A stretch of 64,000 bases of DNA from an uncultured Nitrospina sp. (lineage in GTDB: Bacteria > Nitrospinota > Nitrospinia > Nitrospinales > VA-1), in contig CAJWQP010000003.1 in the NCBI GenBank assembly GCA_913045445.1, positions 6,860-70,859 on the forward strand. The letters run 5' to 3'. Below are positions 48,733 to 58,439 of this stretch, one piece after another. Each line of letters begins with the position of its first letter. The stretch's first letter is position 1. The position numbers and the translations under genes were made by a program. Under the pieces are notes generated by a model that was given only the letters and a program-made list of their open reading frames with translations, was not told the origin of the DNA and made no database searches.

Positions 48733-50011
48733 AGCGCAAACCGTCCACCGGGTCGAGTCTCGAGGCTCTCCAGGCTGGATAAAGCGACGCGACAAAACAG
48801 ATCACAATGGAAAAAATAATAATCAAAAAAGAATCCATATACTGAATTTCAGAGGGCAAACGGTCAAGATAATAAACATCACTCGGAAACGCGACAATCC
48901 CAAATAGAGATTCTATAAACCCGACTATTTCATTCAAGTTGGGAACAATGGTGAACCCTGCCGCGCACCCCAGCAGGGTCCCGACAACGCCAATAACCAA
49001 TCCCTGATAACTGAAAATTTTCATAATACTGCCGCGACTGGCTCCCATGGACTTTAGAACTGCGATTTCCTTGGTTTTTTCCATGACCAGCATGAACAAA
49101 GTACTGATAATATTAAACGCCGCCACAAAAATAATAAGAATAAGAATGATGAACATGACAACCTTTTCCAGTTGGAGCGCGGAAAACAGATTTTTATTCA
49201 TACGCATCCAGTCACGGACAAAAAAAGGGAAACCCAGTTTTTCCTGGAGGACCGAAGCAATCACCCCCGCCTGTTCAATATCAGAAACTCGTATTTCAAT
49301 TCCTGAAACGCCATCCTTCATCGAAAAAAACTTTTGTGCCGACTCCAGAGAAATAAACGACAGGTTGGCATCGTACTCATACATTCCGGATTCAAAAACA
49401 CCAACTACTTTGAACAGCTTCATTCTTGGGATGAGACCCACCGGAGTTATGCGTGAAACGGGTGAAACCATAGACACCACATCGCCTTTCACAACTCCCA
49501 TCCTGCGTGAAAGTTCTTTTCCTAAAATCAGCCCATCGCGCTTGATCTTTCCCACAGGTTTGCCATCTTTAATGAGACGCGGTTCATTTTTCAAATCCAA
49601 AACCGTTCCCGCAATCATATTTTTTGCAAGGTCGGAAACCGTCCCCTTTGCCCCAGGATCAATTCCCCGCACAACAATTCCCGAAACCCGGTCACCATGA
49701 ATCAACATCACCTGATTCATAATAAACGGCGCCGCCGCTGTGACCCCATCCACCCCGCGAACCTGCTCAAGAATATTCTGATAATCTTCCACCATGGTCC
49801 GGTTAACATTGGTCACGACCACATGGGAGTTGGTTCCCAGAATTTTGTCACGCAGGTCCTTGCCAAACCCCGACATGACAGCGATCACCACTATAAGCGC
49901 CATGACGCCCAGGCCCACACCAGCCATGGAAATCCATGTATTGAGCGAAATAAATTTCTGAGATTTTTTTGCGCTAAGGTGGCGGATGCTGACGAAAAAT
50001 TCGTATGACAT
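48725..50011 (-). CDS. lolC: Lipoprotein-releasing system permease (LolC/LolE family)
   Basis: 428-aa MacB/FtsX-type permease with a large periplasmic loop. It is translationally coupled to lolD. Confidence 0.85.
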   Translation of the reverse strand: MSYEFFVSIRHLSAKKSQKFISLNTWISMAGVGLGVMALIVVIAVMSGFGKDLRDKILGTNSHVVVTNVNRTMVEDYQNILEQVRGVDGVTAAAPFIMNQVMLIHGDRVSGIVVRGIDPGAKGTVSDLAKNMIAGTVLDLKNEPRLIKDGKPVGKIKRDGLILGKELSRRMGVVKGDVVSMVSPVSRITPVGLIPRMKLFKVVGVFESGMYEYDANLSFISLESAQKFFSMKDGVSGIEIRVSDIEQAGVIASVLQEKLGFPFFVRDWMRMNKNLFSALQLEKVVMFIILILIIFVAAFNIISTLFMLVMEKTKEIAVLKSMGASRGSIMKIFSYQGLVIGVVGTLLGCAAGFTIVPNLNEIVGFIESLFGIVAFPSDVYYLDRLPSEIQYMDSFLIIIFSIVICFVASLYPAWRASRLDPVDGLRYE

Positions 50012-50119
50012 GACGGAAGAATCGAAAATTTGAAAATCGTGAAGGACTCGCGAACCCTTTTCAGGACAATTCCTGTGGATTCGGAACGGGCGATATTATC
50101 CTACCCGTATTGTGCACGG

Positions 50120-51634
50120 TCAGGATTCTTTTTTCAACTGCGGGAACAGGATCACGTCCCTGATCGACTGCGAATTAGTGAGTAGCATAACCAGACGATC
50201 AATTCCTACCCCCTCCCCGGCTGTTGGCGGCAATCCATACTCCAAAGCACGGATAAAATCCAGATCCATCATGTGAGCTTCATCATCGCCCGCATGGCGT
50301 TCGGAAACCTGTTCCTCGAACCTTTGCTTCTGGTCAACAGGATCATTCAACTCGGTATAAGCGTTGGCTATCTCCTTACCGCCAACAAACAACTCGAAGC
50401 GTTCAACCAGCTCTGGGTTGTCCTCTTTCTTCTTTGACAACGGAGAAAGAGCCAACGGATAGTCTGTTATGTAGACAGGTTGGATCAAATTGGGCTCGAC
50501 GAAATGGTCGAACAGTTTTCCAAGCACCTTCGCGTGACTGTCTTTCTTTTCCAAAGCTACTTTGTGCTCAAGGGCAAATGCGACCGCTTTTTGAGGATCG
50601 TCTATATTTCCTTCAGGTATCTTTCCAATTTCGATCAAAGATTGTTTAAATGTCTTTCGTGCGAAAGGCTGGGAAAAATCTATCGTTTCATCTCGAGTGT
50701 CATCATCTTTACCACAGGTGAGAGTGAACGTCATCGTGCCAAACACGGTCTGGCAAATATGGCGGAACAATTCTTCAGTCAACCCCATAAGATCATTATA
50801 GTCGGCGTAGGCCGTATAAAACTCGACCATAGTAAATTCTGGATTATGCTCGGTAGAAATGCCCTCATTACGGAAATTTCTATTGATCTCATAAACCCGC
50901 TCGATCCCACCCACGACCAACCGCTTGAGATATAACTCCGGAGCCACTCGCAGAAACAGGTCCATATCCAGAGCATTGTGATGCGTCTCGAAAGGTTTTG
51001 CTGTCGCGCCGCCCGCTATAGACTGCATCATCGGTGTCTCCACTTCCAGGTAATCCCTCTGGTTGAGAAACTCGCGAAGCGCCTGAATAATTCTGCTCCG
51101 ATAAACGAAGATATCCTTCACCTCTGGATTGACAATGAGGTCAACATATCGTTGCCGATACCTGAGCTCAACATCCTTCAATCCGTGCCACTTTTCAGGA
51201 AGCGGCAGGAGTGACTTTGACAGCAAGGTGACTTTCGTTGCGAATATTGTTAACTCACCGGTTTTAGTTTTTGAGAGTTTCCCTTCAACGCCAATGAAAT
51301 CTCCAATATCATAAATCCCGAAAGCCTCGTAGCTTTCTTCACCGATTCCATCTTTACGAATATAAACCTGAATTTGCCCGGCCCGGTCTTTGATATGGCA
51401 AAAGGTCGTTTTACCGTGTCCGCGCCTCGTCATCATGCGCCCAGCCACCAGACAATCCAGGCCAGTCTCCTCCAGCTCTTCTTTGGTTTTTTCAGAAAAC
51501 TCGCTGATCAGCGAACCGATATCATTTTTAACTTTGAACCGGTTAATGTAGGGATTGATCCCCTTTTCACGAAGTTGGTCGAGCTTGTCTCTTCGCAGTT
51601 TTATTAAATCACTAGATTCTTCCATGGAGTCCAT
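50120..51634 (-). CDS. lysS: Lysine--tRNA ligase (class II)
   Basis: R.KL..L...G..PY N-terminus, an OB-fold, and class II motifs (FRNEGIS, GIGIDRLVM). I chose ATG 51634 to avoid an extension overlapping the upstream gene. Confidence 0.92.
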   Translation of the reverse strand: MDSMEESSDLIKLRRDKLDQLREKGINPYINRFKVKNDIGSLISEFSEKTKEELEETGLDCLVAGRMMTRRGHGKTTFCHIKDRAGQIQVYIRKDGIGEESYEAFGIYDIGDFIGVEGKLSKTKTGELTIFATKVTLLSKSLLPLPEKWHGLKDVELRYRQRYVDLIVNPEVKDIFVYRSRIIQALREFLNQRDYLEVETPMMQSIAGGATAKPFETHHNALDMDLFLRVAPELYLKRLVVGGIERVYEINRNFRNEGISTEHNPEFTMVEFYTAYADYNDLMGLTEELFRHICQTVFGTMTFTLTCGKDDDTRDETIDFSQPFARKTFKQSLIEIGKIPEGNIDDPQKAVAFALEHKVALEKKDSHAKVLGKLFDHFVEPNLIQPVYITDYPLALSPLSKKKEDNPELVERFELFVGGKEIANAYTELNDPVDQKQRFEEQVSERHAGDDEAHMMDLDFIRALEYGLPPTAGEGVGIDRLVMLLTNSQSIRDVILFPQLKKES

Positions 51635-51677
51635 ACAGTCAATGATTAAAGTTGGTAGGGCATTCCCTGCTATTATA

Positions 51678-52472
51678 TTAAGATCTTTCACCCTTGCGGA
51701 TTTGAATTCGCTTGATGCTCTCGGCCTTTCCCGTTTCCTTGTTGATAGCGATAACGGCTCCGTTGACCTGGCCCTCGCCACCCGCTGTTTCAAAACGTTT
51801 CGGCAAGCACGTGCGGAACCTGCTGATCGAAGCCTCCGTCTTTACCCCAATGACAGAATCGGTCGGCCCGGTCATACCCGCGTCTGTCAGGTAAGCCGTC
51901 CCGTTTGGAAGAATCACTTCATCCGCAGTTTGAACATGAGTATGCGTACCAACCACAGCACTCACCTGACCATCGAGATAACGTCCCAGCGCCATCTTTT
52001 CCGAAGTGACCTCAGCGTGCATATCTACGAATATGATGTTCGTTTTCTCACGCAGACGCTCGACCTCTTCATCAGCCCTTTTGAAAGGACAGTCTATCGA
52101 GTCAATGAACACCCGCCCCATAAGATTGAGGATACCAACGCTTGTTCCATCTTCCAGTTCATGAAGATATTGGCCCACTCCCGGCGTCTCAGCAGGAAAA
52201 TTGGCCGGCCTCAAAATACGAGGTTCCTTAGCAAGGTGATCTATGATTTCTCGTTTATCAAAAATGTGATTGCCCGATGTCAGGGCGTGAAATCCAAGAC
52301 CGAACAGATCGTCCGCTACTTGGCGAGTCAAGCCGAACCCACCAGCCGCATTTTCGGCGTTACCGATACAAACGTGGATCGAATGTTCTTCAATCAATCC
52401 AGAGAGAGTTTTGCCCAACGCACTGCGTCCGGGCTTCCCTACTATATCACCGATAAAAAGTACATTAAGCAT
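51678..52472 (-). CDS. YmdB-like metallophosphoesterase (TIGR00282 family)
   Basis: [27 protein letters not shown] and [10 protein letters not shown]. It lies directly downstream of rny, as in Bacillus. Confidence 0.88.
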   Translation of the reverse strand: MLNVLFIGDIVGKPGRSALGKTLSGLIEEHSIHVCIGNAENAAGGFGLTRQVADDLFGLGFHALTSGNHIFDKREIIDHLAKEPRILRPANFPAETPGVGQYLHELEDGTSVGILNLMGRVFIDSIDCPFKRADEEVERLREKTNIIFVDMHAEVTSEKMALGRYLDGQVSAVVGTHTHVQTADEVILPNGTAYLTDAGMTGPTDSVIGVKTEASISRFRTCLPKRFETAGGEGQVNGAVIAINKETGKAESIKRIQIRKGERS

Positions 52473-52481
52473 AAAAGAATG

Positions 52482-54065
52482 TCAGCGAGCAACCTCAACA
52501 AACCGGGTTTCTCTAACAACGGTGATTTTAATTTCTCCTGGATACGTTACTTCTTTTTCTATACGCTTGGCAACATCCTTAGCCAGCATATTCGCCTCGT
52601 TGTCAGTGGTTCCATCGGGAACGACGATGATGCGAACTTCACGACCCGCCTGAATCGCAAAGGTTTTCTCAACCCCCTTGAAGGAGTCGCCAATTTCTTC
52701 CAGCCTGGTCATACGCTTCACATAAGTTTCCAGCATTTCGCGTCGCGCCCCGGGGCGGGATGCAGAAATAGTGTCTCCCGCTATCACCAGAACGGCGTAT
52801 ATGGATTCCGGTTCCACATCCTCATGGTGTGCCGCAATCGCGTTGACCACATATTTATGTTCATTGAACCTGTTAGCCACATCCACACCCAACTGAGTAT
52901 GCGTTCCATCCGTTTGACGATCAACAGACTTGCCAATGTCGTGCAGAAGACCGGCACGCTTGGCAAGCTGAACATCGAGCCCTAGTTCTGCCGCCATGTA
53001 TCCACACACCTTTGCCACTTCCTTTACATGTTCGAGAACATTTTGCGTGTAACTGGTCCTGTATTTGAGACGACCCAGCATATGGGCCAGTTCGGGATTG
53101 ACATTATCCATTTCAAGCTCGACAATCGCTTGCTCACCCGCCTGTTTGATCTGTTGCTCGACTTCCTTGCGGCATTTACTCACAACATCCTCGATCCGCC
53201 CCGGATGAATACGCCCATCAAGCGTCAGCTTTTCCAAAGCCCTGCGGGCAACTTCGCGACGTATCGGATCGAAACCGGACAACACGACCGCTCCCGGAGT
53301 GTCATCAATAATCAGATCAATTCCTGTAGCCTGCTCCAGGGCGCGGATATTTCTTCCTTCGCGTCCGATAATGCGCCCCTTGATCGAATCGTCAGGAAGC
53401 TCGACAACGGAGATGGTACTTTCTGCCACACTGTCTGAAGCAAGTCTCTGCACCGCCATAGTGATGATTTTTCTCGCTTCATCCTCAGCGTTATTTTTAG
53501 CAAATTCCTCAATTTTTTTAACTTCCTTTGCCGCGTCCATGCGAGCCACATCAATGACTTTTTTTCTGATTTCCTCCTTGGCTTCTTCGGCAGTAAAGGA
53601 ACTGATACTTTCCAGCTTTACCATTTCCTGCTTAACCAACTCATCATAACGTGCCTGTTCTTCCTGACTCGACTGTCTGGTTTTCTCTGCAACTTCCATC
53701 TTTCGCGCCAATTCTTTTTCAAGGTCTCGCGCCTTCTCAGATGAAAGCCTCAAGTCGTCTTCCCTTTTATGTGTTATCCGTTCATGCTCCCGCACCTCTT
53801 CCCATTTATCCTGAACCTCTTTTTCAATTTTGGTCTTGGTGACAAGAGCTTGCTCTTTGGCTTCAACAGCGGCGGCCTTTAGTCTGCTTTGAGCTTCCTG
53901 TTCTGCTTCCTCAACAATCTTTACCTTTTTCGCTTCAGCTTCCTTTATCTGGTATTGACTGATCACCTTGCGCAGGAAATATCCTATGAAATACCCGATC
54001 ACCACGGCCAGAAACATCCCGATGAGCAGGGTAGAAAAATTGAATTTAACGGCAAATATATGCAT
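52482..54065 (-). CDS. rny: Ribonuclease Y
   Basis: N-terminal TM helix, a long coiled coil, a KH domain ([15 protein letters not shown]) and an HD domain (LLHDIGK). Confidence 0.93.
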   Translation of the reverse strand: MHIFAVKFNFSTLLIGMFLAVVIGYFIGYFLRKVISQYQIKEAEAKKVKIVEEAEQEAQSRLKAAAVEAKEQALVTKTKIEKEVQDKWEEVREHERITHKREDDLRLSSEKARDLEKELARKMEVAEKTRQSSQEEQARYDELVKQEMVKLESISSFTAEEAKEEIRKKVIDVARMDAAKEVKKIEEFAKNNAEDEARKIITMAVQRLASDSVAESTISVVELPDDSIKGRIIGREGRNIRALEQATGIDLIIDDTPGAVVLSGFDPIRREVARRALEKLTLDGRIHPGRIEDVVSKCRKEVEQQIKQAGEQAIVELEMDNVNPELAHMLGRLKYRTSYTQNVLEHVKEVAKVCGYMAAELGLDVQLAKRAGLLHDIGKSVDRQTDGTHTQLGVDVANRFNEHKYVVNAIAAHHEDVEPESIYAVLVIAGDTISASRPGARREMLETYVKRMTRLEEIGDSFKGVEKTFAIQAGREVRIIVVPDGTTDNEANMLAKDVAKRIEKEVTYPGEIKITVVRETRFVEVAR

Positions 54066-54100
54066 TTTTGCTACCTCTATATAAATTAAGCCTCAATGCC

Positions 54101-54712
54101 TTACACGTTCCGGCATCTCAGCGTTTGGGTTTCTGTAACCACAAATTGAACCGGCTCATCTAATTCTGAATGCGGAACCAAATCCAATATTTGCAAATCA
54201 TATCCGACCCCAATCCTGATACTGTCACTGGAAACTTCCTTTAACAGTTTATCGTAATACCCGCCACCGTAACCGATGCGGTTTCCGCAAGCATCAAATG
54301 CCAATCCGGGCGCAACAACCAAGCCGATACGGGAGGGAGAAACAATCTCACGAACTTCAGGAGCCGGCTCCCTGATGCCGTGCTTCCCGATGACAAACTT
54401 TATATTCAGCGAGGGAATTTGCGCCACCTGCAAGCACTCTTCCCTGACATTGACCAAAGGGACGAAAACTTCCTTCCCCAAACGAAAAGCCTCCAGGATC
54501 ATCGCTTCTGTCTGAACCTCATGCGGCAGAGAAAGAAAGAAAAAAACTGATTTAGATTTTTTAAACGCATCCAACCCAAGCAAGCGCTGGGTTATGCTCA
54601 GGCTTTTCTCATTCCGTCTGACATCGCCAAGCGCTTCGCGTTTCCGAATGATTGTTTTTCGGATCGCTGTTTTGGCCTTGCACACCGATTCTGAAGAAAT
54701 CGTTGGCTCCAT
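54101..54712 (-). CDS. ygfA: 5-formyltetrahydrofolate cyclo-ligase
   Basis: IR...R......R...S..I and GYGGGYYD motifs. I chose ATG 54712 with GGGAG upstream. The ORF is open up to GTG 54751. Confidence 0.85.
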   Translation of the reverse strand: MEPTISSESVCKAKTAIRKTIIRKREALGDVRRNEKSLSITQRLLGLDAFKKSKSVFFFLSLPHEVQTEAMILEAFRLGKEVFVPLVNVREECLQVAQIPSLNIKFVIGKHGIREPAPEVREIVSPSRIGLVVAPGLAFDACGNRIGYGGGYYDKLLKEVSSDSIRIGVGYDLQILDLVPHSELDEPVQFVVTETQTLRCRNV

Positions 54713-55142
54713 CGCTGGCTCCCGGCGGGAAGACAGGTTCGATTCCCGCACTCAAATTAACCCTCTATTTGAGCAAATGGGCTAAAATTAAAACAAACTT
54801 GGTCAAATTTTTGAAGGAAATGAGGCGAATCAACTATCCGCAGGCTCAACCGCTGGTAGAAGCAATCAAACTGGGGTGTGGGAACATTGCAACGGAATGA
54901 AAAATCCGGTAAAGAACATCCGTAGAAACCACGTCTCTACAGTAAAAAAAAGACCGTTTTATCGTAACAAACAAAACCATACCCTTCGTTTCGTTTGGAA
55001 TCATCTCGATTACAGGTCTGGCCGCAATCACCCCCCAGGCAAACTCAGCCACAAAAACCTTGCAAACTCACGCCATCATTTTTCTTCAGTAAAAATACTA
55101 AAACCTCTTGCTGTCTCCCTCCACTTGCGCTCGCACTCAGCG

Positions 55143-55330
55143 CTCATTTCCGAGACTCACTTCAAAAACATATTCATTAACTCCCCCGCAATGCCGTGCA
55201 AAAATATTTTTTTGAACCTGTCAAGGACAGGTGGGGAATCTGTATACCGCTTCAGGCTTCCTTCCGGAGAAGGCATGCACACCACGGCAGAAGGTCATCC
55301 CCGTTTGCAAAATGTTGGCTCAAAAAATAC
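55143..55330 (-). ncRNA. ssrS: 6S RNA candidate
   Basis: It occupies the conserved zapA-ssrS-5FCL position. About 188 nt can be drawn as nested helices: UUUUUGAG/CUCGGAAA, AACAU/AUGUU and UGCCGUG/CACGGCA. The segments AUGC-CCUUC-UCCG-GAAGG-AAGCCU and CACCUGUCCUUGACAGGUUCAA parallel E. coli 6S as I recall it. The ends are approximate. Confidence 0.6.
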
Positions 55331-55411
55331 AACTTTTACACGTACAAAACAGGGAAGCAAAAATCATAGCTTCCGTGCGTATACTAGCATAAAGGGTCAG
55401 CGCTAACAAGG

Positions 55412-55723
55412 CTAACCGCCAAAAACTCCTTTACTTTTAATAGCTTCCAGCGACTCCTCAAGCTTCAGAATCATGCCCTCGATGCGCTGGCCCTGCTGAT
55501 CGTTACCCTCTTGCGCGCCTTGCTTCAACTCCATCAATTCATGTCCTAGATTGAGCGCAGTCAACACCGCGACATCCACAGTAGTGGACGACTTCCCCTT
55601 AACGCCAGAAAGCTCCTTCATTTTAGCGTCTACCATTGCCGCCACCTCTTGAATATCCACTGTGGAGGAAACCGGCTTGACTTTATAAGTTTTACCGTAA
55701 ATTTTAATTTCACTCGGTGCCAT
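55412..55723 (-). CDS. zapA: Cell division protein ZapA
   Basis: 103 aa. I.IYGKTYKV... then VAVLTALNLGHELMEL and a C-terminal coiled coil. Confidence 0.85.
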   Translation of the reverse strand: MAPSEIKIYGKTYKVKPVSSTVDIQEVAAMVDAKMKELSGVKGKSSTTVDVAVLTALNLGHELMELKQGAQEGNDQQGQRIEGMILKLEESLEAIKSKGVFGG

Positions 55724-55725
55724 AA

Positions 55726-56028
55726 TCAGACGAAATCCATTTTTTCGATTTTTTGCAAGACATTCTGAACTTTGAGGCGCACCTCAGACCGATCTTTTTC
55801 CAGCTTCCGATGCGAGACTTCCAACTGCTTTAATTTTTCCAAAGAATCCTTATCTTTTGCATTTTCTTTTAACGCTGTTTCCTTTTCCTTTTTCAACTCT
55901 TGCACCCTTTGCTCCAAACGAATATTTTCCGTCTGAAGAGCATTCAACCCTTCCACTGCAGAGGCGACCAGTTTTTCCAGTTTTTTAATTTTATCAACAG
56001 ACATTGATAGAACCTGAGGCAATAACAT
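55726..56028 (-). CDS. ZapB-like coiled-coil cell division protein
   Basis: 100-aa all-coiled-coil protein (LEKLVASAVEGLNALQTENIRLEQRVQELKKE), 2 nt upstream of zapA. Confidence 0.6.
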   Translation of the reverse strand: MLLPQVLSMSVDKIKKLEKLVASAVEGLNALQTENIRLEQRVQELKKEKETALKENAKDKDSLEKLKQLEVSHRKLEKDRSEVRLKVQNVLQKIEKMDFV

Positions 56029-56110
56029 TAACGATAAACCGGATAAAGCAACTTCTCATATGGAGACTAGCACCGGGCAAGGCGGGGTGTCAATCGACAA
56101 TAGCCCAATC

Positions 56111-56130
56111 AAAAAAGGGGCAACAAGCCC
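56111..56130 (-). terminator. Weak intrinsic terminator candidate after pheT
   Basis: The minus strand reads GGGC-UUGUU-GCCC-C-UUUUUU, starting 8 nt after the pheT stop. The stem is only 4 bp. Confidence 0.3.
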
Positions 56131-56137
56131 TGGCAAA

Positions 56138-58234
56138 TCAATCCCTTAAAGTCGCGCCGAGCTGACTGGACAGGGTCTCCACAATTTTTGCAAAGACAGG
56201 GTTGACCTCATCATCTGTCAGGGTCCTGTCTGCCGATTGAAACGTCAAGGCATAGGTGAGACTCTTTTTACCTTCCTGAATTTTCTTTCCGTCAAAATGA
56301 TCGTACAGCTCTACTTTTCTCAGCAATGGCTCCCCCACCTGACTGATTCTGGCGGACACTTCTCCCGAAGCTATCTTCTTGTCAATCAATATGGATATAT
56401 CCCGGTAAGTTTCTGGAAACTTGGGGAGAGGAACGAAACGAACCGGTTCGGGTAAAGCGCCTACCAACTTATCAAAATCCAATTCGAACACCACACAATG
56501 CCGGGGCAATTCGTATTGCCGAACGACACCGGGGGACAATTCACCAAAATACCCACAAACCTGATCACCCGCTAAAAGCTCGACACTCTTACCCGGCAAC
56601 ATATAAAGCTGGCTCACCACAGGCCTCTCCGCAAGCTTTAGTTTCATTTGCCCGGTCACAGAATCCAGAATTCCCCGCAAATCAAAATAGTCGTAACTCT
56701 TTCCGGTTTGTTTCCACACATTATTTTCATAGATACCCGTAGCCAATGCGGCAAGAACCGTTTTTTCCTCACGCCCTCCCTGCTTACCACGCATGAAAAT
56801 ATTACCAAACTCGAAAATCTTCACCTGCTTTTGCCCCTTACTCAAGTTCCTTATCACCGACTGGATTAATCCGGGAACCAGACTTGGGCGCATGATCCCC
56901 ATATCCGAGCTGATCGGGTTGCTCAAGGAGATGATATTCGCTTCGGGTGAAGATGAAAGTGCAGACTGAAATTGCGCGGCACTTCCCGCGTCAATAAAAC
57001 TGTATGTGAGGACCTCTGAAAAACCGATATGACTCAAAGTGTCTTTCACACATCGAACCGCCGACTGTTTCTGCGTAAAACGAACCGGACTGATCCGTGC
57101 CGAAGGACTGGTCACTTCAATTTGGTCGAATCCATGCAAGCGAGCCACTTCCTCAATCAAGTCTATTTCCCTGGCAAGAACCGGGCGAAAGGTAGGTATC
57201 TCCACGCTAAAAGCTTCCCCTTCCTCCGATTTTGAAGCCTTCATCCCCAAACGAGACAGGTAATCTTCTATCTGTCCGCTGGAAAGCGGGCAACCGAGAA
57301 CCTGATTCACACGCGCAACCCTCAGCGACACCTTTTTGCCCGGCAGGGGCGATGGATACGCATCCACTCTTCCCTTGCGAATAGTCCCACCCGCCAGTTC
57401 CTGAATAAGAAGGGCCGCCCTCGCTTGAGCTTTTACCACACCTTCAATGTCCACCTCTCTTTCAAATCGAATTGAGGAGTCGGACCGCAAACCATACTTC
57501 TTTGATCCTTTACGCACCGTTGCCGAATCAAAACTGGCACTTTCCAGCACAATGTGGCGGGTAGATTCTGTAACCTGACTGTTAGCGCCCCCCATGATTC
57601 CTGCAAGGGCAACCGGCTTGCTGGCATCAGCGATCACCAGAGCATCTTCTCCCAGTTTGAGTTCGGTTCCATCCAGACTCGTGAATGCTTCATTTTTCGC
57701 GGCACGGCGCACCACAATGCGGGAGTTTTCCAGCAAATCACGATCGAACGTATGCAACGGCTGACCGTATTCCATAAGAACAAAATTGGTAATATCAACA
57801 ATATTGTTTATCGGCCGAAGCCCTATCGCGGTGAGTCGATCCACCAGCCACTTTGGTGATGGCCCCGGTTTAACATTTTCAACCACCATCCCGGAATAGC
57901 GAAAACACAATTCAGGCTCGCAGTTCTCAACGGTGAGTTCTCCTTCTACCGACTCAGCCCCCCAAACCTTTTCCAACTCAGTGCCGTGATCGGGAAACTT
58001 AAACGGCTTGCCAAGAAGCGCGGCCACCTCCCGAGCGACCCCTAAATAACTCAGGCAATACCCACGGTTGGGAGTTACATTCAGTTCCAGTACTTCCGAT
58101 TTCGTACCGTCACCCAACGTCACTGTTTCCTGCGCTTCGATTTCGAGCCCAGCCATCGTTAGCAAATGCCCGACTTCTCCGGCACTCACATCGACATCGA
58201 CATATTCTTTTAACCAGTCCAATTGGATTTTCAT
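56138..58234 (-). CDS. pheT: Phenylalanine--tRNA ligase beta subunit (short form, no N-terminal tRNA-binding OB domain)
   Basis: B1, B3/4, B5, catalytic-like and C-terminal FDX-ACB domains are recognisable (LNVTPNRGYCLSYLGVAREV, IMGGANSQV). It is 698 aa, against the roughly 795 aa I recall for E. coli PheT. Confidence 0.9.
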   Translation of the reverse strand: MKIQLDWLKEYVDVDVSAGEVGHLLTMAGLEIEAQETVTLGDGTKSEVLELNVTPNRGYCLSYLGVAREVAALLGKPFKFPDHGTELEKVWGAESVEGELTVENCEPELCFRYSGMVVENVKPGPSPKWLVDRLTAIGLRPINNIVDITNFVLMEYGQPLHTFDRDLLENSRIVVRRAAKNEAFTSLDGTELKLGEDALVIADASKPVALAGIMGGANSQVTESTRHIVLESASFDSATVRKGSKKYGLRSDSSIRFEREVDIEGVVKAQARAALLIQELAGGTIRKGRVDAYPSPLPGKKVSLRVARVNQVLGCPLSSGQIEDYLSRLGMKASKSEEGEAFSVEIPTFRPVLAREIDLIEEVARLHGFDQIEVTSPSARISPVRFTQKQSAVRCVKDTLSHIGFSEVLTYSFIDAGSAAQFQSALSSSPEANIISLSNPISSDMGIMRPSLVPGLIQSVIRNLSKGQKQVKIFEFGNIFMRGKQGGREEKTVLAALATGIYENNVWKQTGKSYDYFDLRGILDSVTGQMKLKLAERPVVSQLYMLPGKSVELLAGDQVCGYFGELSPGVVRQYELPRHCVVFELDFDKLVGALPEPVRFVPLPKFPETYRDISILIDKKIASGEVSARISQVGEPLLRKVELYDHFDGKKIQEGKKSLTYALTFQSADRTLTDDEVNPVFAKIVETLSSQLGATLRD

Positions 58235-58439
58235 TTATTACTTTCTATTTTCCAAACCTTATTGATGAAAGACTCAATCCCTTAATAATCTTATGATGAC
58301 AAATGTAAAAACATGAATTATATGGGAAGCTGGAGCAAAAATCAAAATCGGTTCATTTCTCAAAAAGGTCGGTCAGTAAAAAGTTGGTCGTTTGAACGAT
58401 TCTGGGATATAACTAATAGACTAATCTTGTGCCAGAGCC

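Noticed and set aside
51555-52985. 476-aa plus-strand ORF opposite lysS, ymdB and rny
   Set aside because: It is antisense to three well-supported genes, has no recognisable motif and is rich in Arg and Ser. I treat it as a shadow ORF despite its length.
54725-54749. GGTTCGATTCCCGC, which looks like a tRNA T-arm
   Set aside because: The flanks give no acceptor, D or anticodon arms. It is simply a 7-bp hairpin (GCGGGAA/UUCCCGC) upstream of the 5-FCL start. I found no tRNA in any intergenic region.
54876-55406. 176-aa plus-strand ORF filling the zapA/5-FCL spacer
   Set aside because: Its basic His/Asn/Arg/Lys-rich composition is unlike real proteins. It overlaps the 6S-like RNA on the opposite strand, and the synteny argues for non-coding function.
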